Source: Octopus bimaculoides | Lineage: Eukaryota | Reading direction: 5' to 3' | Assembly: GCF_001194135.2 (NCBI RefSeq) | Contig: NC_068999.1 | Location: 34,102,495 to 34,160,929 of the forward strand | Length of the DNA stretch: 58,435 bases | Made by a program: the position numbers and the translations under genes | Part shown: positions 13,176-27,119 of the stretch, piece after piece | How positions within the stretch are numbered: the first letter of the stretch is position 1 | Layout of the letters: each line of letters begins with the position of its first letter | Notes under the pieces: generated by a model | Told to the model about the DNA's origin: nothing | What the model saw: only the letters and a program-made list of their open reading frames with translations | Database searches by the model: none

Positions 13176-13648
13176 AATATTATAGCATCAACAAAGATCG
13201 CTTTAAACATTACGAAGGAATCCTTCTCCCCCTGCATGCAGAAAGGACAATTCATACTTCGAAATTTCAAGCATGAAATCCCACCCATTTTGCCACCCCT
13301 GTAACCGGGGTAAGTTTATAGATATCGGTTATATGAACAATATGCTTTATAAGTACATTGTATATCAAATACATATATTCCCATGAACTTACGTTGCATT
13401 CCCTAAGTACACAGATTTATATGCACAGATTTATATGCACAGTCATAGCATCAAATAAATCACAAGAAAAATGTATGCATATGAACTTATGAACTTATAA
13501 TCCCCTGAACCAAACTTAGAGTCAAATATACTATACTTAATTATATGCTCATACTCCATACTCAAACATGAGCAAAACGCGTTTCCCTGGTGTGTACACA
13601 CACACACACATACACACACACACACACATACACACACATACACACACG

Positions 13649-13679
<31 letters not shown>

Positions 13680-13787
13680 GAATGCATATGTATGTGTGTG
13701 TGCCTGTATGCGTGTGTATTTATATATTTCTGTGTGTATATGTGTGTGCATATATATATATATATATATACTTTATAATATGGGCGG

Positions 13788-13878
13788 GCATGAGTGTTCT
13801 CGCATGAGTGTTCTCGCATGAGTGTTCTCGCATGAATGTTCTCGCATGAGTGTTCCCGCATGAGTGTTCTCGCATGAG
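13788..13878. repeat. 14-bp minisatellite GCATGAGTGTTCTC, 6.5 copies
   Basis: Counted directly; two copies each carry one substitution. Confidence 0.95.
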
Positions 13879-14224
13879 ATAATTAAGGAAATAATGAATC
13901 TATGGTGAACGCAATTTCTTGCCAAAATGCAAGGGAGATAACAGTCAAGTTATTCTTATAAGCTACCTCTCGTGATCTGTGTATTTATTTCGAAATCCCG
14001 TTTAGTGTCGTGTAACCTCATGTATTCCTATTCTAAATGGGGACGAATACCAACACTTCCATGTGGCACGTTTAAACACTTGTGAAGATCTCTTCACATG
14101 AAACCATTGGTAATCTTGTTAACGCAAAAGTAAAGAATATTTATCCATCAATGCGGTGTTGAGAACTTTTTCTCGCTGTTCGATATTAGCGCGCATGTAT
14201 ATATGTATATATATATATATATAA

Positions 14225-14618
14225 TCTCTTATCTTTTACTTGTTTCAGTCATTAGAATAAAGCGATCCTAGAGGACTACTTAGAGTGCTTAGTCGAACAA
14301 ATCGGCCCCCAGTACTTACATTTTTAAAGCTTAGTACTAATATAATCTCTTTTGCCGAACCACTATGTTACGGGGCCTTAAACCAGCAAATACCGATTTT
14401 CAGCGGTTTTAGGGTACAAACACACAGGCACACACGCATAGGTATATACTTGTATACACGACGGGCTCTTTTCAATTTCCCTAGTAAACTCATTCACAAG
14501 GCTTTTGGTCGATGTGGGGCTATAGCAGCAGACGCTAGTTCAAAGTGTCATGCAGTTGGTATGAAGCCAGAACGATGAGGTTGGGGAGCAAACTTGTTTC
14601 CACACTACCACGCTACGC
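14225..14618 (-). mobile_element. Degenerate full-length SINE family A
   Basis: The reverse complement shows the head, CORE-like block, GAAAAGAGCCCGTCG, TTCGGCAAAAGAG and the GACTGAAACAAGTAAAAGATAAGAG tail. Confidence 0.8.
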
Positions 14619-16154
14619 TTTATGTCACGCCCGATCAACAGTTATGTGGACTGTCTTTCTATTTAGTCAACATCTACGCCGCACAGCTCTGCAACTCGTC
14701 AATAACCACGCATTATGCTTGCCTTGTCAATCTCTCTATCCATGCTGACCAAACTTGATGCTAATGTAGATGTTAACATAATTTGAGAATAATTATAAAT
14801 CCAGATTTATACACGTTGATTTTAACAATAGATACATCTAATATTTATATTTCACCACAAAGAATTATTTTAAATGATTCGGCACGTTTGAGTAACATCG
14901 AGAAAATGCAATCTTGTATGTAATAAAGGAGGAATATTATTAGCATCTGTGAAATGTCTCTTCTGTAGAAGTAGATGTCCTATTAAAGAAGTCTAAATGA
15001 ATGTCATCATATGAAAGGCATATCTTGGTCTTGTGGACGAACTAAATCTACATTAGTTCTCATCAACTCTTCCTTAATGAAAGTTGTCAGCTGCATTTGA
15101 TCTGGTTTATACAATAATACATCGCTGAGAACGGCCAGATAACACAACTGCACACTTGAAATTCAAACAGGTGTATGAAGAATTTCATTGATGCACCAAC
15201 CGATTTAATAGACATAACAATCGCGATTTATTGATTCTTAAGACTGAATTTACGTTATTGTGGTTCTTTCCTCGAATTTCGTGGTCTTTCTGACAGTCCG
15301 ATTCCCACCCCACGCCCGTCTCTTTCTTTCAGTCAATCTGCCCCTCTCACTCCCTTCCAACAACTCAATACTTTTTCGCATCCTTTACTCACCTAAATTC
15401 AATGTGCTACGGCAGTCTTTAGAAAGTTGCAATCAAGCGCTCATATACACTTACACACACACACACACACACACATACCAATACAGATACACTATGAACA
15501 TAGAAACATAAAACGCATACACAGAAAACGAACACATACATGCACATGCACATGCACATGTATGTATAGATGTATATGTGTGTATATNNNNNNNNNNNNN
15601 NNNNNNNNNNNNNNNNNNNNNNNNNNNNNNNNNNNNNNNNNNNNNNNNNNNNNNNNNNNNNNNNNNNNNNNNNNNNNNNNNNNNNNNNNNNNNNNNNNNN
15701 NNNNNNNNNNNNNNNNNNNNNNNNNNNNNNNNNNNNNNNNNNNNNNNNNNNNNNNNNNNNNNNNNNNNNNNNNNNNNNNNNNNNNNNNNNNNNNNNNNNN
15801 NNNNNNNNNNNNNNNNNNNNNNNNNNNNNNNNNNNNNNNNNNNNNNNNNNNNNNNNNNNNNNNNNNNNNNNNNNNNNNNNNNNNNNNNNNNNNNNNNNNN
15901 NNNNNNNNNNNNNNNNNNNNNNNNNNNNNNNNNNNNNNNNNNNNNNNNNNNNNNNNNNNNNNNNNNNNNNNNNNNNNNNNNNNNNNNNNNNNNNNNNNNN
16001 NNNNNNNNNNNNNNNNNNNNNNNNNNNNNNNNNNNNNNNNNNNNNNNNNNNNNNNNNNNNNNNNNNNNNNNNNNNNNNNNNNNNNNNNNNNNNNNNNNNN
16101 NNNNNNNNNNNNNNNNNNNNNNNNNNNNNNNNNNNNNNNNNNNNNNNNNNNNNN

Positions 16155-16241
16155 CTTCTTCTTCTTCTTCTTCTTCTTCTTCTTCTTCTTCTTCTTCTTC
16201 TTCTTCTTCTTCAGTTACCACAAACACTCTCCACCACCACC

Positions 16242-16273
<32 letters not shown>

Positions 16274-16275
16274 CA
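16155..16275. repeat. (CTT)n, (CCA)n and (ACA)n microsatellites
   Basis: Directly visible. Confidence 0.95.
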
Positions 16276-16741
16276 GCAAAAAACAATCTTCTTAACCTGT
16301 CAGATGTGCGTGTCAACTGTGAGTGCGAACAATCGAGTAGCCATTGTGACATTTTTTTTCTTTAGATTTATAAATATATTTTGGTAAAATGCTACAATAT
16401 CCGATGCAATGCTTCCTCATAGACATAGAAACGTGGAACATGCACACGGTGTGTGTATGAGAGTTCAATTTCTTACAGAGTATTTAATGACTCGTGGTGG
16501 ACGGCACGCAATGGTGTTTTACTGTTTAATCGGTATTTTACGGCAAATAGAGAAGAACGCACACACAAAAATCTACCCGTATGCTTACATGCATTGTTAC
16601 ACACACATGCATTAGCACGTATAAATGCATACACACAAACACACGAACGCTGAGACGTATATGTGCGTGCGTATGAGTGGAAAAATAGAAGCGCACAATT
16701 ACGCATCACAATAATTTAACACATATACAAGTATGTGTGTG

Positions 16742-16780
<39 letters not shown>

Positions 16781-16909
16781 TATATGTGTGAGTGTGTGTG
16801 TATACGTGTGTGTGTGCGTGCGTGTATATAAACAGAAATATGTTTGTATATACACATACATGTATATGTATATTTTTCTCTCACTCTTTCTCACTCTGCA
16901 TATATAATA

Positions 16910-17019
16910 TACACAAACACACACACACACACACACTCACACACACACACACTCACACAAACACACACACACACACACTCACACACACACACACACACTC
17001 ACACACACACACACTCACA

Positions 17020-17080
<61 letters not shown>
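16910..17080. repeat. (CA)n microsatellite
   Basis: Directly visible. Confidence 0.95.
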
Positions 17081-17082
<2 letters not shown>

Positions 17083-17267
17083 CTACACGAATAGATAATA
17101 ACACATCAATAGGTATGTAAGAATTTTCTTGGGTATGCGTATGCATGTATTTACCTATACAAGTATATATGTAGATAGGTATATGTGTATGTATATCTAT
17201 ATAGGTAGATTATACACCTGTCTTCGTCTTTTCTTTTTCTGTAAATTTCAACTATATATATACATAC

Positions 17268-17313
<46 letters not shown>

Positions 17314-17955
17314 NNNNNNNNNNNNNNNNNNNNNNNNNNNNNNNNNNNNNNNNNNNNNNNNNNNNNNNNNNNNNNNNNNNNNNNNNNNNNNNNNNNNNNN
17401 NNNNNNNNNNNNNNNNNNNNNNNNNNNNNNNNNNNNNNNNNNNNNNNNNNNNNNNNNNNNNNNNNNNNNNNNNNNNNNNNNNNNNNNNNNNNNNNNNNNN
17501 NNNNNNNNNNNNNNNNNNNNNNNNNNNNNNNNNNNNNNNNNNNNNNNNNNNNNNNNNNNNNNNNNNNNNNNNNNNNNNNNNNNNNNNNNNNNNNNNNNNN
17601 NNNNNNNNNNNNNNNNNNNNNNNNNNNNNNNNNNNNNNNNNNNNNNNNNNNNNNNNNNNNNNNNNNNNNNNNNNNNNNNNNNNNNNNNNNNNNNNNNNNN
17701 NNNNNNNNNNNNNNNNNNNNNNNNNNNNNNNNNNNNNNNNNNNNNNNNNNNNNNNNNNNNNNNNNNNNNNNNNNNNNNNNNNNNNNNNNNNNNNNNNNNN
17801 NNNNNNNNNNNNNNNNNNNNNNNNNNNNNNNNNNNNNNNNNNNNNNNNNNNNNNNNNNNNNNNNNNNNNNNNNNNNNNNNNNNNNNNNNNNNNNNNNNNN
17901 NNNNNNNNNNNNNNNNNNNNNNNNNNNNNNNNNNNNNNNNNNNNNNNNNNNNNNN

Positions 17956-17990
<35 letters not shown>

Positions 17991-18862
17991 TGTATACATA
18001 CATATATATACATGTGAAAAAAACAAGTACATATATACAGGATTTATGCATGCATGCCAGTATCTATGTATTCCTGTTCACATATAGCAATAGATACATA
18101 TTCATCATTCATTCTTATGTACGGGTATATTTGTATATTTATTAATTGTAGTTCTATGCATATATACTGTATGTATGTATGTATGTATGTGTATGTGTGT
18201 GTGTATAGTTTGTGTGCGACGGTGTGTATTTATGTATGTGTGTCCATACATGTGTGTGTGTGTGTGTGTTTGTGTGTTTGTGTGTTTGTGCGCGTGATGT
18301 ATATGTATATATTTAATGCTTGTATAAATACATCTTCCATCCTTTATACTCACACCCTTTTCTCGTTCGGAACAGAAGCTAAACCTTCCTGTTTAATATT
18401 ACCATACCATAGTTTCTACACTTAGACATATTCGTGTATTTACACAACATTTGTAATATGATAAAAGCAATATTGACAGATATCGGAATAAAACATTTAG
18501 AGAAACGTATTAGGAGTGTTTAGGGTGAGGTGTTGGAATAGGTGTCTGTCCATTCTGTGGTAATATATTGCACCAGAAATAACACAGGAACTCTTGCTGA
18601 GATATTATTTTCGTTGGCATCGATTGTTGTAAAACATTGTGCAATCAATGCATGCGTAGTATGTATACTACATATATAAATGCAGGTACACACACACACA
18701 TACACACGCACACACATACACACAGAGAAACACACACACACTCACGCATATATATCTGTCTGTTTGCCTGTCTTTCTGCTTCTGATTTTCTCTGTCTCTC
18801 TGTCTGTCTCTCTGTCTGTTTCTCTCTCTCTCTGTCTCTCTCTCTCTCTCGCTGTATATATA

Positions 18863-18949
<87 letters not shown>

Positions 18950-19257
18950 CTCTATGCATGTTTATAGGCACGCATATACTTGTATGTACATTTACACATT
19001 CGTATCTGTATGAATGCATGTATGTTATATATATATATATATATACACAAAAACACTTGCATGCATATGTGTGATTATGTATATAAATACACGCGCACAC
19101 ACATAAATGTGTGTGTGTATGTGTGTAATTGACAGTGATGACTTTCATATAACAATTTATGGAGGGTTTATCTCTCTATCATCATGAAAGGAAAGAGAAG
19201 GCATCTGTGCGTGTACATATATATGTATATGTGTATATGTATGTGTATGTTCATATA

Positions 19258-19300
<43 letters not shown>

Positions 19301-19681
19301 GCATACATACATATTTCCACTACCTTGTTTAACAACATCGAATTTACCGTTGTTAATAAAATAAATAAATAAATATATGTTTACGAAGCTATCATATATC
19401 AACTCTGTTCCTATCTGCATGTGTTTGTATATTTGTGTATATAGAAACAAACATACCTGCTTACACACCGCTTTCCTCACACACAAATACACGCACGCGC
19501 GTTTATGCATATTGTCAACGCGCCCTTTCAGGAATTGAGTTGGTAAGCGTCTTATTCTCCAAAGATAAAGAAAGACATTAAATGAATTTTATTTGTAACG
19601 AATACCTTATGAAGTTTGTCCCAACCCTCGATAAATGCGTCACAAAATACTGGTTAAAGAAATATCATCATCTTCTCTGTG

Positions 19682-19717
<36 letters not shown>

Positions 19718-20624
19718 NNNNNNNNNNNNNNNNNNNNNNNNNNNNNNNNNNNNNNNNNNNNNNNNNNNNNNNNNNNNNNNNNNNNNNNNNNNNNNNNNNN
19801 NNNNNNNNNNNNNNNNNNNNNNNNNNNNNNNNNNNNNNNNNNNNNNNNNNNNNNNNNNNGTGTGTTTTCGGTTCGGACGATTTTAATTAGAATGTCTTGA
19901 GCACGATTACCCGATCGTCTGAATAAGCTAGTTTTAAAATATCTTGTTTTCCCATTTATTTTCAAGTTTTAAGAAATCACCCAATAATATATTCTAATTC
20001 ATTGTTCATGAGTTCTTGCCAACGTTCCACGTGCTTGTTACTGCCTTGAAGATGGAAATCGTCGGCTCTTGATTCGAAGAATTTATTAAGCCACGTGTTA
20101 CCTTCCTCGTTTTTGTTTAACGACACGCTTCTCAAATTACTGGAGAACAACCGAAGAAAGATAATAGTCTGAAGGCGCTATTTCAAGAGCATACAGTGGG
20201 TGCGATAGAACTTCTCAACGGAAGAATAGCAAAGTATTTTTAGTTAAATTAGCGATTTATGGGTGAGCGTTGTGGTATTAAAGCAACGTATTCCTCACAC
20301 TCACCTTTTTTCCCTCCCTCGGTGTTTTAAAAGTTAATTATGTGTATGTGTATGTATATGTGTGTGCAGTGTATGTGTTTGTGTTTGTGTGTGTGTATGT
20401 ATATATATCTATGTATTTACGAAAGTATGTATGCGGCATCTCATGTATACACCGGAATCACAGCTATATTAACGTTACATCCCACTGTTACTCCATATTT
20501 GTCGTTTACACAGCGCTGTTCTCCCCTTCCCTGATATTAGGCCCTCTCACTATGCCACCTCAATTTCCTCACACTAACACTATTGCATTCTTTTTATTTT
20601 ATCAAATATTAGCCCAACCCTACT

Positions 20625-20790
20625 AGGGGGCCCATTAGAGATTTTTTATTGAAATCCAAGTAGCCTATAATTGAACTGGATGTTAGTTTAACACGAATGC
20701 AAAGTTTCACCAAGATTGGTTCACTAGTGTAGGCAGCAAAATGGCAACAGACAGATCGACAGACAGAACTTGCCATTTATGCTTAAGATA
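20625..20790 (+). mobile_element. Possible 3' part of a non-autonomous Helentron-type (HINE/DINE-like) element
   Basis: GCAAAGTTTCACCAAGATTGGTTCACTAGTG followed by ACAGACAGATCGACAGACAG and GCCATTTAT, an arrangement recalled for Helentron-associated elements. Confidence 0.4.
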
Positions 20791-21082
20791 CATACACATG
20801 CACGCACGCAGACACGCACACACACACACACACATACATTCATACAAACACACATGCAGACATACGCCGTTTATATGGTAGGGTGGCTCATTTTAGCCAT
20901 TAAAAATTTTCGTCGCACTCTTGGCGACCTGCTCACTGACAGAGTTACACTTAACTTCGTCTTTGATAAGTTTGTTGGCCAGTATAAATAGGCCTCAAAG
21001 TTTTGAATATTTTTTTCCTTTCTCTCCTATATAGACCATTCATTCAGATTGTTATCACCTGGTACTCATAGGTCAGATAAGT

Positions 21083-21310
21083 TGACCTTTTAGCATTGAC
21101 ACCAGCCATATCAGGCCGAAATATTTAACCTGTTTTATGTTGAAACTGGCCAGATCCGGCCTCTCACCTCAACCCTACAGTACAATACTAAAGGTAAACA
21201 ATTCCATCATTGAACTCTCTAAACTACAAGATAATGCATGATTAATTCGAAACAATATAAAGAAACAAACATTACATTTGATAGAATAATTTGAATATTT
21301 AAGCGCTAAG
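21083..21310. mobile_element. Degenerate MITE, probably piggyBac-type
   Basis: Ends TTGACCTTTTAGCATT ... AATATTTAAGCGCTAA are a decayed inverted pair of the TTAA-CCC.. type; about 230 bp, non-coding. Confidence 0.45.
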
Positions 21311-22364
21311 TTTTGATTGTAATTCATGGTATGAGATGTAATATCTCTCCTTTTCTCTCTCTCTTACTTTCGTCTCCTACGGAGGCAATTATGGCATATT
21401 TGCAGAATAAGAATATANNNNNNNNNNNNNNNNNNNNNNNNNNNNNNNNNNNNNNNNNNNNNNNNNNNNNNNNNNNNNNNNNNNNNNNNNNNNNNNNNNN
21501 NNNNNNNNNNNNNNNNNNNNNNNNNNNNNNNNNNNNNNNNNNNNNNNNNNNNNNNNNNNNNNNNNNNNNNNNNNNNNNNNNNNNNNNNNNNNNNNNNNNN
21601 NNNNNNNNNNNNNNNNNNNNNNNNNNNNNNNNNNNNNNNNNNNNNNNNNNNNNNNNNNNNNNNNNNNNNNNNNNNNNNNNNNNNNNNNNNNNNNNNNNNN
21701 NNNNNNNNNNNNNNNNNNNNNNNNNNNNNNNNNNNNNNNNNNNNNNNNNNNNNNNNNNNNNNNNNNNNNNNNNNNNNNNNNNNNNNNNNNNNNNNNNNNN
21801 NNNNNNNNNNNNNNNNNNNNNNNNNNNNNNNNNNNNNNNNNNNNNNNNNNNNNNNNNNNNNNNNNNNNNNNNNNNNNNNNNNNNNNNNNNNNNNNNNNNN
21901 NNNNNNNNNNNNNNNNNNNNNNNNNNNNNNNNNNNNNNNNNNNNNNNNNNNNNNNNNNNNNNNNNNNNNNNNNNNNNNNNNNNNNNNNNNNNNNNNNNNN
22001 NNNNNNNNNNNNNNNNNNNNNNNNNNNNNNNNNNNNNNNNNNNNNNNNNNNNNNNNNNNNNNNNNNNNNNNNNNNNNNNNNNNNNNNNNNNNNNNNNNNN
22101 NNNNNNNNNNNNNNNNNNNNNNNNNNNNNNNNNNNNNNNNNNNNNNNNNNNNNNNNNNNNNNNNNNNNNNNNNNNNNNNNNNNNNNNNNNNNNNNNNNNN
22201 NNNNNNNNNNNNNNNNNNNNNNNNNNNNNNNNNNNNNNNNNNNNNNNNNNNNNNNNNNNNNNNNNNNNNNNNNNNNNNNNNNNNNNNNNNNNNNNNNNNN
22301 NNNNNNNNNNNNNNNNNNNNNNNNNNNNNNNNNNNNNNNNNNNNNNNNNNNNNNNNNNNNNNNN

Positions 22365-22423
<59 letters not shown>

Positions 22424-22499
22424 TTTCCTATCAGAATGATTAAAATTTCTTCCCAAGCTATAAAGATGATAAAGCCGATTTTCTGGATTCTGTGGCGCA

Positions 22500-22690
22500 T
22501 ATATTATATACCCTAGGCGAGACGCCGGTCCATCACGGTATTATTCATTTTAGCCAGCTGAGTGGACTGGAACAATGTGAAATGAAACATTTTGCTCAAC
22601 AGCACAATGCATCACCCGTCCAAGAATTGAAATTACGAACTTCTGATAGTAAGAGCAAACATCCTAATTACTAAGCCACGCGCTTCCACA
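22500..22690 (-). mobile_element. tRNA-derived CORE-type SINE
   Basis: Reverse complement: GTGGAAGCGCGTGGCTTAGT head, then TTGTGCTGTTGAGCAAAATG...TTCCAGTCCACTCAGCTGGCTAAAATGA (CORE-like). Confidence 0.7.
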
Positions 22691-22705
22691 TTTTTTCTCC
22701 TATTA

Positions 22706-24039
22706 CACTGGTCAACAAAATGAAACTTTTATTTTCTGGCATAAAATTCTAGAGCTGTTTTAGACTAATTTCTGTTTGCTGATTCCAAAACTGACCTTAG
22801 ATTTGCTCTATCACAATCACATCTTTGTACCATCGGTATATATACCTTTATTTACCTGGAGCATACTAAAAGTTAGCTTTACAACCACTATTTGCGAGAA
22901 TTTTGTCTGAATTGTCGTACTAATTTTGAATTGGTTCAAGATGAGTTTTGCTTTAAAGCCCTTCCTCTTCTTTTCAGGTATGAACTGAACCACTGTGATC
23001 TAGTTATGGATATAACATCAAAAAGAAGGACGTGCTGTAATGACCCTGATATCTTCTGTTACGTCTGAGGAAACTTTACTCTGCAGGCTCAAAGGTGCAA
23101 CTTTAATAACTTTGTCAAGGTGTGTTTTGCTTACTTTAAGGTAACACTTGGAGATCGGGACAAGATCTGGGCTTCCCACAAATATTACAATCTCTGTGTT
23201 GAAACTTGGTGTAATGAAGCAATTCATCAGAGCTCTTGATCACAGGGGAGACTGCTTCAGATATATATGTACAACCTTGCCAAATCTCAGTGACGAGAAG
23301 AGGAAAGCAGGAATATTTAATGGACCTCAAATAAGAACACTCCTCAAGGATCTAAATTTTGTTACAACAGTAGGTGCAGCGGAGGCGAGAGCTTGGAATG
23401 CCTTCTCTGATGTGGTGCGGTGAATTTCCTTGGGAACAGGAAAGTTGACAACTATCAAGAGATTGTAGAGGAACAGCTCTTGAGTTTGTATGTACTTGGA
23501 TGTAGAATGAGGATTAAATTGCAATACTTACACAGTCACTTGGGTGAGTAAGCGAAGAACAAGGTGAACAATTTCATCAAAATATAAAAGTAATGGAAGA
23601 AAGCTACCAAGGCCGATGGGACTTAAACATGATAGCAGAATACTGCTGGAGTTTGATGTAAGATATTCCAGAAGCTGTGCACAAGAGATCGTCGAAAAAG
23701 AAGAAGCCCTTGCAGTAATAAGAGGATCAGAATGAATGTCCCCAATGAATAGAGATTTTGTATTTATATTTTGTTATAACGAAGCTTAATTCTTACATGC
23801 TAATATGCATTTATTCCCACAACTTTGTGTTTTGATTTATTAGATTTAAAAAAAAAAAGACATATTGTTTATTAAAAATTGCATCTACGTATGTTTAATT
23901 CTTCCTTTATGAACATTAAATAGCTGTTTCTAGCAATCTGATGCAATAGCCAAAATCTGATGCCAGATTTGGATTTAGCACCCTAAAATTAGCTAAAACC
24001 AATTGATAAACCTTGCGCCAGAAAATGTGTTGACTATCG
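22706..24039 (+). mobile_element. Internally deleted DNA transposon, Chapaev3-like (CMC superfamily)
   Basis: Imperfect long TIRs (CACTGGTCAAC..ATTTTCTGGC.. vs reverse complement CGATAGTCAAC..ATTTTCTGGC..) flanked by TTA/TAA. Transposase pieces: CNDPDIFCYV*G...LGDRDKIWASH; KLGVMKQFIRAL...GIFNGPQIR; NFLGN...LGCRMRIKLQYLHSHL; VSEEQGEQFHQNIKVMEESYQGRW. CAC ends, a TWA site and the N-terminal CY-x-C zinc motif fit Chapaev3. Confidence 0.8.
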
Positions 24040-24279
24040 TAATTACTCCTATTCATTCTTCACAACAATTTCCTACACGTGTATCAGTGTTTGTGTATGC
24101 ATCTTTGTATGTATGTGTATGCATCTGTATATGCATCTTTGCATGTGTATGTGTGTGTGTTTTACCTCCAATTTGAAAGTCTTGTTTTGTTACTCTTGTG
24201 CTTTATGTCAGTTCCCTATGACTGTGTCAAGATGTGTACTCCTTTCCACTGTCTCAGTAGTACATGTGGGCAAATGCTA

Positions 24280-25275
24280 CCAGAACTACCACCACCACCA
24301 CCACCACCACCACCACCATCAAAATTACCAACACCNNNNNNNNNNNNNNNNNNNNNNNNNNNNNNNNNNNNNNNNNNNNNNNNNNNNNNNNNNNNNNNNN
24401 NNNNNNNNNNNNNNNNCACTACCACCACCGTAACCACTGCCGCCACTGCCACCATCACCACCATAAACTTCACCACCACCACCACCGCCACTGCCACTGC
24501 CAAAGCCGCCGCCAATGCCACCGCCATTGGCACCGCCAATGACGCCAATGCTGCCACCACCACCACCACCACCTTGTCTTATCCAATGTAATGGGGGTCG
24601 TTTTGATAGCGCTGATGGTGGTGATGGTGGGGCTGACAATAGAGATGGTAACCTAACCATTGCAGTGACGATGGTGATTGTGATGATTGACGATGGTTAT
24701 GCTGTTAGTGTTGGTGGTGGTGATAGGGATGGTGGTGGTCGTGGTGCAGGATGGTGGAGATGGTGGTATGGTTGGTGGTGGTGGTGGTGGTGGTGAAAGT
24801 AATGATGGAAATATTGGCGATGGCGATAGAAGTGGTGATGGTGGCAGTGGTAATAGTGATGGAGGTGGCGGGGGCTGTGGAGATGATGATGATGATGATG
24901 ATGATGACAGTGCTTATGGTCGTGATGGTGGTGGTGGTCGTGGTGGTTGCGGTGGTGATAGCAATAATGAGAGATGGTGAAGGATTTGTGGAGAATAAGG
25001 TGGTAGAAATGATGGCGATTATGACGATGCTGGAAATGGGGAGGGATCTTAGTGACAGTCGGGGTGGCGGTGGTGGTGAGAGTACTTATGTTGATTGTAG
25101 GTATGGAAGGCCAAAGGGGTCGGTGATGGTGAATGGTGAAAGTAATGGATGTGGTTGGAGTGTTGTCGTAAGTGTGGGAGTGGGTCGTGGTGGTGGTGGT
25201 GGTGGTGGTGGTGGTGGTGGTGACAGTGTCGGTGTGGGTGGCGATGGTCTTGTTAGGGTTACAGGTGGCGGCGGT
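24280..25275. repeat. Low-complexity (ACC)n block followed by a (GGT/GAT)n block
   Basis: Directly visible. Confidence 0.9.
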
Positions 25276-25577
25276 GTGAAAGGCAGTAAAGTCCACCGCG
25301 AGATAAAGTTCCTATACAAACAATCAAACTGGCAAAGAAGATAAACTCACTTGTCGTTCAAACTGATCTGATTTGAATCGGGGGGGGGGGAGTAGGTTGT
25401 AGGAAGAGGAGAAGGAGGAAGATGGGAAAAGTTATGGTATGAATGTGTGTGTGTGCTTATACGTATACACACACACACACATACACATACATATATGTAT
25501 GCATACATACCTACATGCATATATATATATATATATGCATGTATATATGTGTCTATAGATAGATAGATAGATAGATA

Positions 25578-25659
25578 TAGTAGCAGAGTATCCCGTCGTT
25601 GCCGGGTAATTTTCCCAACAGAATAATTTGGTGAACTTTCGGAGTTTTTCTCCGTATTG
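25578..25659 (+). mobile_element. Possible 5' end of a Helentron-type non-autonomous element, cut by the gap
   Basis: TAGCAGAGTATCCCGTCGTTGCCGGGT (short CCCG..CGGG hairpin after TAGCAG), directly after a (TAGA)n tract. Confidence 0.45.
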
Positions 25660-26167
25660 NNNNNNNNNNNNNNNNNNNNNNNNNNNNNNNNNNNNNNNNN
25701 NNNNNNNNNNNNNNNNNNNNNNNNNNNNNNNNNNNNNNNNNNNNNNNNNNNNNNNNNNNNNNNNNNNNNNNNNNNNNNNNNNNNNNNNNNNNNNNNNNNN
25801 NNNNNNNNNNNNNNNNNNNNNNNNNNNNNNNNNNNNNNNNNNNNNNNNNNNNNNNNNNNNNNNNNNNNNNNNNNNNNNNNNNNNNNNNNNNNNNNNNNNN
25901 NNNNNNNNNNNNNNNNNNNNNNNNNNNNNNNNNNNNNNNNNNNNNNNNNNNNNNNNNNNNNNNNNNNNNNNNNNNNNNNNNNNNNNNNNNNNNNNNNNNN
26001 NNNNNNNNNNNNNNNNNNNNNNNNNNNNNNNNNNNNNNNNNNNNNNNNNNNNNNNNNNNNNNNNNNNNNNNNNNNNNNNNNNNNNNNNNNNNNNNNNNNN
26101 NNNNNNNNNNNNNNNNNNNNNNNNNNNNNNNNNNNNNNNNNNNNNNATATATATATATACATATATT

Positions 26168-26226
26168 AATGGCGGTACCCCAGCATGGCCACAGTTCATG
26201 AGCTGAAACTAGATAAAATGATAAAA
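26168..26226 (+). mobile_element. SINE/LINE 3' tail
   Basis: GGCGGTACCCCAGCATGGCCACAG...GAGCTGAAACTAGATAAAA, related to the family A SINE tails. Confidence 0.7.
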
Positions 26227-26815
26227 ATGAATATATACATAGAGAGAAAGAGAGAGGTGCGAATGCATAAAAGACAGAGAGAGGTTGATAGAGATACATA
26301 TAGATTTGTAGATTTAATGATCTGAAAGTGGAGTTATATCTCGTAGCAAATGATATTTTTTTATTACTAATTTTCGTAAACCTTGCTTTTGGGATGCAGG
26401 TTTCGAAAATTAAATCCATTTTTCTCGATAACGCACCGTTTCGGAGTCTTTCCATAACATATCCACATATATACACACATACACTCTCATTATATATATA
26501 TATATATATATATATACTTTCACATTCATGTAAGTATATAGCCAGGTACATAAACATTCTCAAATGAAGAAATATCTTTGTAGGAAGAGATGTGTAAGTA
26601 AGATTGACTCTCAAGGGAGAAAAGGGAGAGAGAAGGGCAGAGAGAGAGGGAGAGAGAGGGGCAGAGAAAGGGAGAGAGAGGGGCAGAGAGAGGGAGAGAG
26701 AGAGATATGTTTACACTTTGTTAAATTCCACTTTAGATGACAGTTTTAAAAGGATCCTTTCTACTGAATGTCCGCGCAAGGAACGGACTATTTTCTCCCT
26801 CACTCCTCTTTCATG

Positions 26816-26848
<33 letters not shown>

Positions 26849-27119
26849 TGTGTGTGTGTCTGTGTCTGTGTATGTACGTGTATGTGTGTGTGTGTATTCA
26901 TTTGTTTATTTATAGACGTATTTGTTTAATTATTTGCTCGTTTGTTTGTTTTTGCATCTGACTTCAACTAAATCATCATATTTTACGATATGGGATACTA
27001 ACATAACATTTAGCGGGAAGCGACTAGAGTCCGTATGAAGTAGTCGTAGTAGTCGTAGTAATAGTAGAAGTAGCAGTAGCAACAACAACAGCTGTAGCAA
27101 GAGCGCTATATCTCCAAGT

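Noticed and set aside
13788-13878. CRISPR-like array
   Set aside because: There are no spacers; it is a contiguous tandem repeat in eukaryotic DNA.
14950-15160. Minus-strand stretch reading VQLCYLAVLSDVLLYKPDQMQLTTFIKEELMR...
   Set aside because: Short, with no recognisable homology and no supporting splice partner.
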